A stretch of DNA of 32,000 bases from Trichodesmium erythraeum IMS101 (GCF_000014265.1 NC_008312.1:1740001-1772000); one strand, 5' to 3'; counted from the stretch's first letter, positions 10,380 to 20,504 are shown. Numbers and translations: made by a program. Notes: generated from the letters alone by a model not told the origin.

Positions 10380-11175
10380 ACAATAAGACTAGTAATGTTT
10401 ATGTAAATCATAATCTCCGAGTTTTGAGGCAAATAGTCAGTCATCTTGGCTTAAGTGCCAACAACAACTATACCCTTCCTAGGTGCGCTCAACTACCCAA
10501 TACTTTTTGAGGAGAATGAAACCCTTGAATTATTTGCTGAGACAGCACTATTTGCACAATTTGGAGCCTCAAAAAAAGACTGGTTTTTGATGAAAAAGAT
10601 TGACACCCTTCCCCGCTGACATGGAGACGCCCAAAACCGCCCTCCGAAAATCTTAGATTCAGCTTTTTATTTGAGGAGCAAATTTTGATAGCCTACCTGG
10701 TGGTAATTCTGCTATTAGGGGTTTTTCCTTTTGAGGAGAGTAGTATTTTGTTTAAGGAATAATACCTTATATGTTCTGTTGGTAATATCTTGAATGATTA
10801 CTTCAACTAAACCTTTAAACTGTGCATCAATGGGCAGTAATTTCATAAAATACTCTAGTATTTGTTTTCTATCTATTTTGAGCTGAGATTTTTTAGTGCC
10901 CGATAAATGGTTTTGAGGTAGCTTTCGTTCTTTTTGTGCTCAATAGTTGTGAGAAAATCTTCAAGGTGTTTTAGCTTTGAAAATGGGCTGTTGTTGTTCT
11001 CCTTTCAGAAGGTTGTTTTTGTCTTGTAATTCTTTGAGTTGTGTTGGAAAGCGCTCATACAGGTTCAGTTGTACCTCTACTTTTTGAGACAAAAGCTTGT
11101 CTTCAATGACCCTTGGGTTGATTGTTTGTAGAACCTGAGTCAATAATTTTTGGAGCTTCTAGGTGCTTGTCTCAT
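10380..11175 (-). pseudogene. Degraded transposase gene, IS66-like (tentative family)
   Basis: The minus strand reads ...KLQKLLTQVLQTINPRVIEDKLLSQKVEVQLNLYERFPTQLKELQDKNNLLKGEQQQ... (coiled-coil N-terminus). It then reads ...EYFMKLLPIDAQFKGLVEVIIQDITNRTYKV... broken by many stops. The pattern resembles IS66-type transposases of cyanobacteria. The family call is from memory only. Confidence 0.4.
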
Positions 11176-11416
11176 ATTTCATATTTGATCACCAACTGTA
11201 TTCCACTGTCATTATTCTTTATCCTTTATTCTTTTTTGTGATTGGCCCAATACACTGCATCGCTCTTATGATGAGGGTAGTGATCAATCATCAACTAACT
11301 CATCATATTGAGTAGATACTTGATCATTACCATGTAAAATTATCAAAATGAAAATGATAAATAACTGATAACTACTCTAAACTTAGTTATTAAAGCTAAC
11401 ACTAAACTCAAATAAA

Positions 11417-12841
11417 ATGTCTAACTTAATCCTATTTTGGCATCGGCGTGATTTACGAATTTCAGATAATGTCGGACTGACACAAGCATCTCAAGAAGGT
11501 CAAACCGTAGTAGGTATATTTTGTCTTGATGAAAATATTCTTAAACGAGACGATATTGCTTCTGCAAGAGTTACTTATATGATTGGTTGTTTACAGCATC
11601 TACAAAAACGCTATAAACAAATAGGAAGTCAACTTTTAATAATGTCCGGAAAACCTATAGAAGCTATACCAAAATTAGCAACTTTTTTGGAGGCTAAAGC
11701 TGTATATTGGAACCTGGATGTTGAACCTTATAGTAGGAAACGCGATCGCCAAGTGAAAGAAAACTTAGAAGCTGCAAATATTCAAGTAAAAACTTTTTGG
11801 GAGCAACTTCTTCATTCCCCAGAAGAAATATTTACTTCCACAAAAAAACCCTACTCTGTCTACACTCCTTTCTGGAAAAATTGGCAGGGGAAAAAAAAAT
11901 CTAACCCGCTAAATACTCCCGTACTCAAAGGTTTAACTGAAGATCAGCTTCAATACACAAAAAAAATTGGAGTAATTGACTTGCCTACTGCTAAACAATT
12001 AGGATTTAATTGGGACAATAAACTAATTCTTGAACCAGGAGAAACAGCAGCATTAGAAAAACTAGAAAAATTTTCTAATGGGGCGATATCTTCATATCAA
12101 GAACAACGAAACTTCCCCAGTCTTGATGGAACATCTCAACTAAGTGTCGCTCTAAAATTTGGTACTATTGGTATTCGTACTGTTTGGGCAAAAACTCAAG
12201 AATTAATTGAAAATTGCTATAGTAGTGAAGTATTTGAAAATATAGAAACCTGGCAAAAAGAAATAGCATGGCGGGAATTTTATCAATATGTTATGTACCA
12301 TTATCCCGAATTAGAAACAGGTCCCTACCGAGAACATTGGAAAAATTTTCCTTGGAAAAATAATAAAGCACATTTTCAAGCTTGGTGCGAAGGAAATACG
12401 GGTTATCCTATTGTTGATGCTGCTATGCGTCAGTTAAATGAAACAGGTTGGATGCACAACCGTTGCCGGATGATAGTTGCCAGTTTTTTAACCAAAGATT
12501 TAATTATTAACTGGCAGTGGGGCGAAAAATATTTTATGCAGAATTTAATAGATGGAGACCTTTGTGCTAATAATGGTGGTTGGCAATGGAGTGCTTCCAG
12601 TGGAATGGACCCAAAACCCTTGAGAATATTTAATCCTGTATCTCAGACACAAAAATATGACCCAGAAGGGGAATATATTCGACAGTGGGTTTGTGAATTG
12701 CGGAGTGTAGATACTCAATATTTAGTTACGGGTAAAATTCCAGCGGAAGAAAGAGAGGCTATAGGTTATCCTCTACCTATTGTTGACCATAAAAAACAAC
12801 AACAACTATTCAAGGATCTTTACCGAGAACAGAAAAATTGA
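11417..12841 (+). CDS. phr: Deoxyribodipyrimidine (class I CPD) photolyase
   Basis: 474 aa. The N-terminus LILFWHRRDLRISDNVGL and the C-terminal FAD-binding blocks TGYPIVDAAMRQLNETGWMHNRCRMIVASFL and GGWQWSASSGMDPKPLRIFNP are diagnostic. Confidence 0.95.
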   Translation: MSNLILFWHRRDLRISDNVGLTQASQEGQTVVGIFCLDENILKRDDIASARVTYMIGCLQHLQKRYKQIGSQLLIMSGKPIEAIPKLATFLEAKAVYWNLDVEPYSRKRDRQVKENLEAANIQVKTFWEQLLHSPEEIFTSTKKPYSVYTPFWKNWQGKKKSNPLNTPVLKGLTEDQLQYTKKIGVIDLPTAKQLGFNWDNKLILEPGETAALEKLEKFSNGAISSYQEQRNFPSLDGTSQLSVALKFGTIGIRTVWAKTQELIENCYSSEVFENIETWQKEIAWREFYQYVMYHYPELETGPYREHWKNFPWKNNKAHFQAWCEGNTGYPIVDAAMRQLNETGWMHNRCRMIVASFLTKDLIINWQWGEKYFMQNLIDGDLCANNGGWQWSASSGMDPKPLRIFNPVSQTQKYDPEGEYIRQWVCELRSVDTQYLVTGKIPAEEREAIGYPLPIVDHKKQQQLFKDLYREQKN

Positions 12842-12965
12842 TTTTTTAGATTAGAAGGTTGAAGTTAATATAAACTCAAATTAATTATAACACAAAAACG
12901 TCAAGCTTGTAACAACTCATAGTCCCATTATAAGTATAAAATGGCAGAGCTGCTGCCACTGAAAC

Positions 12966-12998
12966 AAAAAAAAAGGGGGCGTTTTCTTTTAGCCCCTT
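12966..12998 (-). terminator. Rho-independent terminator oriented for the minus strand
   Basis: The minus strand reads AAGGGGC-UAAAAGAAAAC-GCCCCC followed by nine U (A-run at 12966-12974 on the plus strand). Read on the plus strand, the hairpin is followed only by TTAAAAATC. Confidence 0.5.
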
Positions 12999-13133
12999 AA
13001 AAATCAAAATCATGACAGTCTTATGAATATTAACACAATTTTATAGTTAAGTGCGTTGACTCTTCCATATCATTAGTGATAATATTTGCTAACAATGTAA
13101 AGCAAGATAAACTTGCTGAGGGGATATCTCCCA

Positions 13134-13292
13134 ATGTCTACAAGAAAACCTGTAGACGCTTTTAAACAGTTACGTCGCCTTGGTTATCAGCTAAACAGAA
13201 GTTTTAATTATTTAACCATGCTAGAGGTAACCTATCAAGATAGCGGTTACTTAGCGGCCTGGTTTAACACCACAAACTACTCTGTTTATTAG
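13134..13292 (+). CDS. Possible small ORF (52 aa), unknown function
   Basis: Below the track's length cut-off. MSTRKPVDAFKQLRRLGYQLNRSFNYLTMLEVTYQDSGYLAAWFNTTNYSVY*. It is locally GC-richer than the flanks, and GAGGGG lies ~13 nt upstream of the ATG. I recognise no homology. Confidence 0.25.
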   Translation: MSTRKPVDAFKQLRRLGYQLNRSFNYLTMLEVTYQDSGYLAAWFNTTNYSVY

Positions 13293-13721
13293 ACTATAAC
13301 ATAATCTATATAACTTTATTAGTATAACTATGTTAATATATATAAACTTCAATTTTAGTAAATTAACAATAGTTAATCAATCTTTTAGTTCACTTAACAA
13401 TTTTTATTAGTAGATGGACTCACCCATTTTGTGGGGATGGGTTGAACTTGCCTGTTGCCTCTATTTTTTTGTCTCTGACTACCTAGGTGATACTCATTTT
13501 AACCTACAATTAAAATAACATATGTTTTATAAAAAAACAACTAAAAAGTCATCCGATGGGCGGGGGAGGTAATAGCAACCCAATTTTTTTGTAATTTAAG
13601 TGAAGGGGAATATGTCATTGATTTGTTTTGCATTTGGCTAGGCATTCAACTTTATATATAGTTCGTTCCATAACTTGCTTGAATATCATAAACACTAAAT
13701 AGCCATTTTTAAGGTCTGTTC

Positions 13722-13784
13722 AATATTTAGCATTCAAATTCGCCAATTTCTTCTTAATTTCTTTTACCTTATTTCCCAACAACT
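13722..13784 (+). repeat. 63-nt dispersed repeat, copy A
   Basis: AATATTTAGCATTCAAATTCGCCAATTTCTTCTTAATTTCTTTTACCTTATTTCCCAACAACT. It matches the reverse complement of 28006-28068 at 55 of 63 positions by hand alignment. Confidence 0.8.
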
Positions 13785-13870
13785 TTAATATCTCTACCCA
13801 CTCCCCTACTTTCCCATTTCTCTATAGGGGTAGATCTCCTACTCTTGAAAAAGACAAAGAAGACTAAACC

Positions 13871-16033
13871 CTAAGTATTAGCTACGGTTTCCATCAAAAT
13901 TTTATGGCAGGCAAGTTCAGGAAAATTCTCAGTAGAACGACGCTGAATATACTTACCATCTGGTTGTAGATCCCAAGCTTGTCGGTTGTCAGATAACAGA
14001 ATGCCCATAATTTCTTGCAACTCTTTTGTGATTTCAGAGTCTTCCACAGGTATAATAGCCTCTATCCGACGATCGAGATTACGAGGCATCCAATCAGCAG
14101 AACCAATATACACCTCCTCTTTACCTTTATTATAGAAGTAGAAAACCCGAGAGTGTTCTAAATAACGCCCAATAATACTCACCACCTTAATATTATCACT
14201 GATACCTTTTAAACCCGGACGCAAACAACAAATACCACGGACAATCAAATCAATTTTCACCCCTACTTGGGACGCTTTATACAAAGAAGTAATAATTTTA
14301 GGATCTACCAAAGAGTTCATCTGGGCAACTATACGACCTGTATCTCCATTTTGGCAATTTTCAATTTCCCGACGAATCAGTTTCATAAAGCGATCGCGCA
14401 TATTTACAGGTGCCACCAACAATTTCCGGTAAGACTGCTGACGAGAATATCCCGTCAAGAAATTAAACAAATCTGCCAAATCTGCTCCTAATTCTGGTCG
14501 ACAACTCAACAAACCCAAATCAGTATAAATTTTAGCAGTCTTGGGATTATAGTTACCAGTGCCAATATGAACATAGCGACGGATATGACCTTCTTCCTGA
14601 CGGACCACCATCACAATTTTAGTATGAGTCTTCAGACCTGCTAAACCATAAACCACATGAACACCATATTGTTCTAACTTCCGCGCCCATTGAATATTAT
14701 TTTCTTCATCAAATCTTGCCTTCAATTCCACCAATACTGCAACTTGTTTATCGTTTTCAGCTGCAGCAATTAAAGCATTAACAATAGGTGAATTTCCAGA
14801 AGTCCGATAAAGAGTCATCTTAATCGCCAATACATTAGGATCGTGTGCTGCTTGACTAATGAAACCTTGTACCGTACTTGCAAAAGAATGATATGGATGA
14901 TGTAACAATAAGTCTTTCTGGCGAATCACTTCAAAAAAATCAATTTTGTTATTCTCATTCAGGTCAGGAATTCTGAGCTCATCACCATAATGTCGCAACC
15001 TTGGTGGCATAGTAGATGTCCAAGTTGGATCTTTAAGATGAGGCAACGGCAACCCTAAAAATGACATTAAATCTTTTAAATCAAGTAATCCATCTACTGT
15101 GTAAACGTCTTTTTCTGATAACTCCAAGTTGTCCATTAATGTCTTTTTTAATTTACTTGGCATTGTTGGATTAATTTCCATTCTAACTACGGTACCACCT
15201 ATACGCTGTTTTCTGAGTTCTTTCTCAATCACTAAGAGCAAGTCATCTCCCTCATCTTCTTGCACTGCCAAGTCAGCATCACGAGTAATCCGAAATACGT
15301 GATACTCCTGAATATCCATACCAGGAAACAGAGCTCCCAAATTGTGAGCAATGACTTGTTCGAGAGGAACTCCTGTCCAATTTAGAGTTTTAGCCTTTTG
15401 TTCTATTTGTAATTTTTCTGGTAAGCACAAAAAGCGAGGTAATATTTTGGGAACTTTAATTCTGGCTAATAAATCTTCTTGAGTATCTGGATTTTTCAGC
15501 ATTACTGCTAAGTTAAAACTGAGATTAGATAAATAAGGAAAAGGATGACTAGCATCAATAGCTAGAGGAGTAAGTACGGGAAATATGTGTTCTTCAAAAT
15601 AGTTTCTTAGATATGTTTTTTCTTCTCTATCTAAGTCTATATAATTTAGGATATCAATACCATTTTTTCTTAACTCTGGTCGTAAGTTTTGCTCAAAGAA
15701 TTGGTGTTGTAAAGAAACCATTGGTAATAGTATTTGATTAATCTCATCTAGTTGTTCTTGAGGAGTACGACCGTCTGGAGTTAACTTATGCACTTCAGCT
15801 TCTATTTGTTTTTTAAGAACTGCTACCCTAACCATAAAATATTCATCTAAGTTAGAACTAAAAATTCCTAAAAATTTTAAACGTTCTAATAGGGGAGTAC
15901 GGGGGTCTAAACCTTCAGATAAAACCCTACGGTTAAACTCTAACCAACTCAATTCTCTATTAAAGTAGTATTGTGGATTACTAAGTTTTTTTTCGATAGG
16001 AGTTTCTACTGTATTCTTTTTGTTTTTGGACAT
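13871..16033 (-). CDS. ppk: Polyphosphate kinase 1
   Basis: 720 aa. It has the PPK1 N-terminal block YFNRELSWLEFNRRVLSEG...ERLKFLGIFSSNLDEYFMVRV and two PLD-like C-terminal domains (HTKIVMVVR..., GSADWMPRNLDRRIE). Confidence 0.95.
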   Translation of the reverse strand: MSKNKKNTVETPIEKKLSNPQYYFNRELSWLEFNRRVLSEGLDPRTPLLERLKFLGIFSSNLDEYFMVRVAVLKKQIEAEVHKLTPDGRTPQEQLDEINQILLPMVSLQHQFFEQNLRPELRKNGIDILNYIDLDREEKTYLRNYFEEHIFPVLTPLAIDASHPFPYLSNLSFNLAVMLKNPDTQEDLLARIKVPKILPRFLCLPEKLQIEQKAKTLNWTGVPLEQVIAHNLGALFPGMDIQEYHVFRITRDADLAVQEDEGDDLLLVIEKELRKQRIGGTVVRMEINPTMPSKLKKTLMDNLELSEKDVYTVDGLLDLKDLMSFLGLPLPHLKDPTWTSTMPPRLRHYGDELRIPDLNENNKIDFFEVIRQKDLLLHHPYHSFASTVQGFISQAAHDPNVLAIKMTLYRTSGNSPIVNALIAAAENDKQVAVLVELKARFDEENNIQWARKLEQYGVHVVYGLAGLKTHTKIVMVVRQEEGHIRRYVHIGTGNYNPKTAKIYTDLGLLSCRPELGADLADLFNFLTGYSRQQSYRKLLVAPVNMRDRFMKLIRREIENCQNGDTGRIVAQMNSLVDPKIITSLYKASQVGVKIDLIVRGICCLRPGLKGISDNIKVVSIIGRYLEHSRVFYFYNKGKEEVYIGSADWMPRNLDRRIEAIIPVEDSEITKELQEIMGILLSDNRQAWDLQPDGKYIQRRSTENFPELACHKILMETVANT

Positions 16034-17379
16034 AATTATAATATGGATTTAAATTTATATTGATTGTAAGCTAGTCTTTATTACTTGTAAAGTATATTTT
16101 TTTTCTATGAATTGGTTGTGTAATTAATTATAAGTTATCTACTTATCACTTATTAGTACTGACCTTGCTTAGTCCGAGAATTAAATATTTATGGTAAGTA
16201 TTTTTTTGACTCCCTTAAAAGGGGCAAGAGGCCTAATTTTTTGATTAAAGATTACTTTATTAGTAGATCACAAGGTAGGTCTTTTACATGTCATGTCTCA
16301 CAGGGAGTTATCGTTTTTTATATTCCTAACCTAAAAACTGCTATAACTATAAGATAAAAAAAATCGTAGAGTTAATAGACATAAATCACCTGATTACCCT
16401 ATATTTTATCTGCTTTTTTAGTTGAGTATATTCCACTTTATTTAGCATTTTTTACAAATAGGTATTATCCTTAATACGATTCATTTTTTATTAATAATTA
16501 GATAATAAATTCTTAGTTATCTTGTTTTAATTTGTTAAAATAATTCACAATAAAATCTAATTATTAGATAATTTTCTTATTATATAAGAGTACAAAACAT
16601 AGATTTTAACTATATTAATTACTGCCAATATTTACTTAGTTATTAAACAAACTATACCATCACAAATTTACAAACACTCTCTTCGTAAGAATTCAGGTAT
16701 GAGATGTGGAAATAAGAGAAATACCCGATAATTTTTTGTAATTAAAGGTAATTGCCACTAGAGACGGCTCAAAGAAATTAATCAGTAATTACGAAAAAAC
16801 ACTATATATAGCCTATACTAATCTATGGGATCAGACTAGATATTGTAGCGATCGCTTCCAGTTTTCTCTTGATAAGATATTCCTAAAAAACAGTTTTTTT
16901 ATACTTCATTTATCAACTCTAAAATTCAAAGTATTTTGGATTTTATTACTGAATATTTAATTTCATTTATTAAATAATTTGATAATAATTAATTTTTGAT
17001 TTTGTCAATAGTTTTCCCCATTGTCCTACATTGAATTTTTAAATAATTCCCAACTACCATGGCAGAAGCAATATGTTTTTTTTAAATTCTGGCTCTATGA
17101 TATTGGCATTTCTCAAGTCTTGTTAATTGCTTAATTTACCTGTGACACTATTCTATTTTTCATATAGTTTGTAACTAAAATCCTACATCATCTTTCAAGA
17201 ATTGCTTCAAGTCATTAGTCACTAGATATTCTGCTGAAGTTTGTGGAAACAGTATCCCAGAAAAACCTGATATTTTTTATCTCTATAAAAACCTTTAATA
17301 TTAATAAATTTTCCTGATACTAATTCAAAATTACTCTATCTTAATTTTTCTAGTTTTTTATACTTTTCTACACCTCCTG

Positions 17380-18164
17380 TATCGTCTAATAAACAATTTA
17401 TTTTTAATGGAAAGTAGTATATTTTCTATCATTATTTATTAAAACCATTAGCTTTTTGGTTGCATACTAGCTATCCATTAATACTTTTTTTACTGGTATT
17501 TTTTTGTTGTCAACCACATCAATTATCATTCCTTTTACGTGATTTAATTTACTCCTATCATCGCTTTCTAGGTCAGAAATACGATCATCTATTATCCATA
17601 ATTATTATATTTTTGGATAAAAATATAAGCAATTAACTACTCCTATTCCACGAACTACTATATGCTCATTTCCATTATAATGACGTCGGAAAAGTTCAAT
17701 TATTCGGGAATGTTTTTTAGTTATCACTGTATCGTCAAAAACTAAATATATATCCCTAGTAGTTTCAATTTATTCTTTGACATTATCCCAGAAAACTTCA
17801 GTCCCTAATTAAAAAAAAATTAATTGAAAATTAATCCGATCATGACTGACTTTTTGAAGATAAGTCGCCAGATTTATAATAGTATAATTTTTTCTAACTA
17901 CTTATTAAATACTCACAATATTGTATGTAATCAAATTCTATGCAAAAATCCTTGATAAAACCTTTTTTTATATACTATAATGGTTAATAATATAGATAAA
18001 CTTGACTCAATTTTTTCAGTAATTTCAATGTGAAAGTTGATAATGCGATCATCCTCCGGACGGTGCGACTCACCATCACTACCTTCATGCAATAAAGTCT
18101 GAGGATAGTATAATATAGCTTTATGGCACTGCTCAAATTTACTAACTAAGTACAGACATATCAT
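17380..18164 (-). pseudogene. DDE transposase pseudogene (IS4/IS701-like)
   Basis: The minus strand reads LVFDDTVITKKHSRIIELFRRHYNGNEHIVVRGIGVVNCLYFYPKI* (DDT block). It then reads ...RISDLESDDRSKLNHVKGMIIDVVDNKK... and MDS*YATKKLMVLI, where the DSWY motif has its Trp codon converted to TAG. The track ORF 17931..18164 is probably the N-terminal remnant. Confidence 0.5.
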
Positions 18165-18519
18165 AATTCTTATCTACTATATATATATAGAGTCTTTACG
18201 TAAGTCCTGGTTATTTTGACGCTTCCATGCTCTTAGTTGAAAATTTAGATCGGAGTTCCTTTCTCCTGTATTTCCTCCTGTAGGTAATCTAATAATTAAT
18301 TCTACTGTTGCAGTTGTTTCAAATCTTAAATCATTATTTTCATAGACACTGTTTGCAACCATTGTAATTGGGTAAGATAGATTTTTAATTCTAACCTAGC
18401 TGGTCAATAAATTGTCAATGTTTCCATGACTTTGCCTCCTTTAACATTCTTATGGTAATCTTAGATAATAGATTGTAGCTTAATGATTAAATATTTCTGG
18501 TATTGTGAGGAGTAAGCTG

Positions 18520-19998
18520 ATGGTAAGTCAATTTAAAAAAAACCTGTCAAGATTAAAATCTCAATTAAAACTTATTAGCTTAGTGGGAACAGTAATAATT
18601 AATTTCAGTTTTCCAGTGCCAGCTTTTGGTGCTTTTTTAACAAACTGGTTTTTTGACCCAGATAATAATCAACTTCAGTTTACTCTCCCAGCAGGTACAA
18701 CTCCTACTTATTCTGTTGAAAGCAAACCTACTCGTCTAGTTGTCTATATTGAAGATACTAAAGTTAGTGTAAATGTGACTGAATTATATCCAGCAGGGTT
18801 AGTGCGTAGAGTTAGTCTCTCTCAAGAGAGAATGCAACAAGCAAAAGTTATTATAGACTTTGCTCCGGAAGTAGCTATATCTGCTAAAAAAGTCAAATTA
18901 GAACAGGTCGAAGCGCCAGAAAATAGTTGGAAGTTACGTTTACTTGTAGGTAAGGAAAAAACCTCAACTCCAAGAGAAACAAAAGTTTTAAATGGAGATG
19001 CTGTTACACTAACAACAAAATCTACAGAAACCACAGAACTAGAAGTAGATTCTTTTACACCAACAACAACATCTATAGAAACCACAAAAATAGAAAATTA
19101 TGAATCTACCAAAGCAGAAGAGGATCAAGCTTTCACTCCACCCAAGCAAAACAGAGTAAGCTTTCAACAGAGAGCTCCCAAAGTAGAATTTCCTCTACCC
19201 AACCCCGCACTTTTGGCAGAGCCTTCTATTCCATTCTTAGTTATTCCCACGGAAAAACGAGATGGTGTCATATTTCCATTAATAGACACTTCGCGTGCTC
19301 AACAGTCTCCTACTGCATCCTCTGAAATTTCGGAATTACCACCACTCCAAGGGATAGAAATTGAAAATGCTTTTGTTCCACCTCCCCTAGACCCTGAAAC
19401 TGTAGAAGAACTAAACGATAGAACTACTAAATCAGTTGATGTAATTTCCTTTGGAGAACCATTGCCTGGAACTTCAGGCAAAAATCAGCTTGAAGATGAT
19501 GCTTCTATCTTAATTGAAGCAGGAAAGATAATATCTCTAATTTACCCCACTAGCGAGCTTGAACTACCACAGGGAGTTGAAATACAGGAAGTTTTGCTTC
19601 TCCAAGAGGCCATAACTGATGAATCTGGTAGAATTATAGTACCAGCTAGAACACCTGTGGTCGGTAGTTTTAAGACCTTCAGTCACGGTAGTCAATTTAT
19701 CGCCAGAGCTATATATTTCAATAATCGTTTAATCCCCTTTGATGCTCGATCTCAATTGCTCGAAGGAGACCTTGATTTTAATGAAAAAGTTTTAGCAGGT
19801 AGTAGCACTGGTAGTGGTCTAGCATTATTACTGTTAACGGGTTCAGGTTTTGGTTTCTTGGCAGGAGCAGCTCTTGGAGCTGGTAGTGTTCTTTTTACTG
19901 CTCCTCATTCTGTCACCATTGAGCCGGGGCTTATTGTAGAAGTTCGTGTTGTTAAAGATTTACCCCGCTCTAGATTTTATGATACTAGTAGTTTTTAG
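18520..19998 (+). CDS. AMIN-domain protein with signal/anchor, long acidic Thr/Pro-rich linker and C-terminal beta-rich domain
   Basis: LTNWFFDPDNNQLQFTLPAGTTPTYSVESKPTRLVVYIEDTKV...VRRVSLSQ...AKVIIDF fits the AMIN fold pattern (P.RLV.D.). An N-terminal hydrophobic segment is present. The ATG at 18520 is preceded by GAGGAG; the track's GTG at 18505 is an alternative start. Confidence 0.8.
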   Translation: MVSQFKKNLSRLKSQLKLISLVGTVIINFSFPVPAFGAFLTNWFFDPDNNQLQFTLPAGTTPTYSVESKPTRLVVYIEDTKVSVNVTELYPAGLVRRVSLSQERMQQAKVIIDFAPEVAISAKKVKLEQVEAPENSWKLRLLVGKEKTSTPRETKVLNGDAVTLTTKSTETTELEVDSFTPTTTSIETTKIENYESTKAEEDQAFTPPKQNRVSFQQRAPKVEFPLPNPALLAEPSIPFLVIPTEKRDGVIFPLIDTSRAQQSPTASSEISELPPLQGIEIENAFVPPPLDPETVEELNDRTTKSVDVISFGEPLPGTSGKNQLEDDASILIEAGKIISLIYPTSELELPQGVEIQEVLLLQEAITDESGRIIVPARTPVVGSFKTFSHGSQFIARAIYFNNRLIPFDARSQLLEGDLDFNEKVLAGSSTGSGLALLLLTGSGFGFLAGAALGAGSVLFTAPHSVTIEPGLIVEVRVVKDLPRSRFYDTSSF

Positions 19999-20504
19999 GA
20001 TCTGAAAAAAGGGCTGTGCTTTGGGAGGTAAAATCCTCTGGCTGCAGAGGTTGAGCTGATAATCAATAATTTTTACTTGAGCTGATAGCTGATAGATGAA
20101 TTTCTGTACTTTAAAAGTTTGGCATTCTTCCCAGCTGTTAGGTACTGGGGTTTTATTGGAAGCCTAAGCTTAACCTCGGGTTGACCTTGGAGATCAACAC
20201 CAGTAGCATTACTATAATTAGATAGTTAATTAGGAAAACAGAACGAGTGGAAAATTTGCAGTTTGAGCTGAAGATGAGTTTTTTTTTGGGAATAAAACGG
20301 TTTTGTTATCACAGGCCACTACTTTTGTTTAGCCATCTTTAGTGCCTGGCAACGAGTGGATAGGGATAGGCTTTTTTGTCTGAAGACTGCCCAACTGCAA
20401 ATAATAAATTATATTATAACATATATATTCAAAAAAAAACAAATAGTCTTCCTATGGGTGAGTCGAGCTTTAAGCTCAATTTTTAGGTAAGAATGGTATA
20501 TCAG

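Noticed and set aside
10961-11143. Track ORF 10961..11143 (-) as an independent small gene.
   Set aside because: It reads as the coiled-coil N-terminal piece of the degraded transposase, whose remaining parts follow in broken frames.
14267-14491. Track ORF 14267..14491 (+).
   Set aside because: It lies entirely antisense within ppk.
17931-18362. Track ORFs 17931..18164 (-) and 18177..18362 (-) as genes.
   Set aside because: The first is contiguous with the DDE transposase relic and is probably its N-terminal remnant. The second has no motif I recognise, no obvious ribosome-binding site, and sits in decayed DNA. I leave it uncalled.
18822-19481. Track ORFs 18822..19085 (-) and 19299..19481 (-).
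   Set aside because: They are antisense shadows of the low-complexity Thr/Ser/Glu-rich linker of the AMIN-domain gene.
20036-20157. Hairpins CCTCTGGCTGCAGAGG (~20036-20051) and CCCAG...CTGGG followed by GTTTTATT (20130-20157) as terminators of the AMIN gene.
   Set aside because: The stems are only 5-6 bp, with either no U-run or a weak one. That is too weak to annotate.
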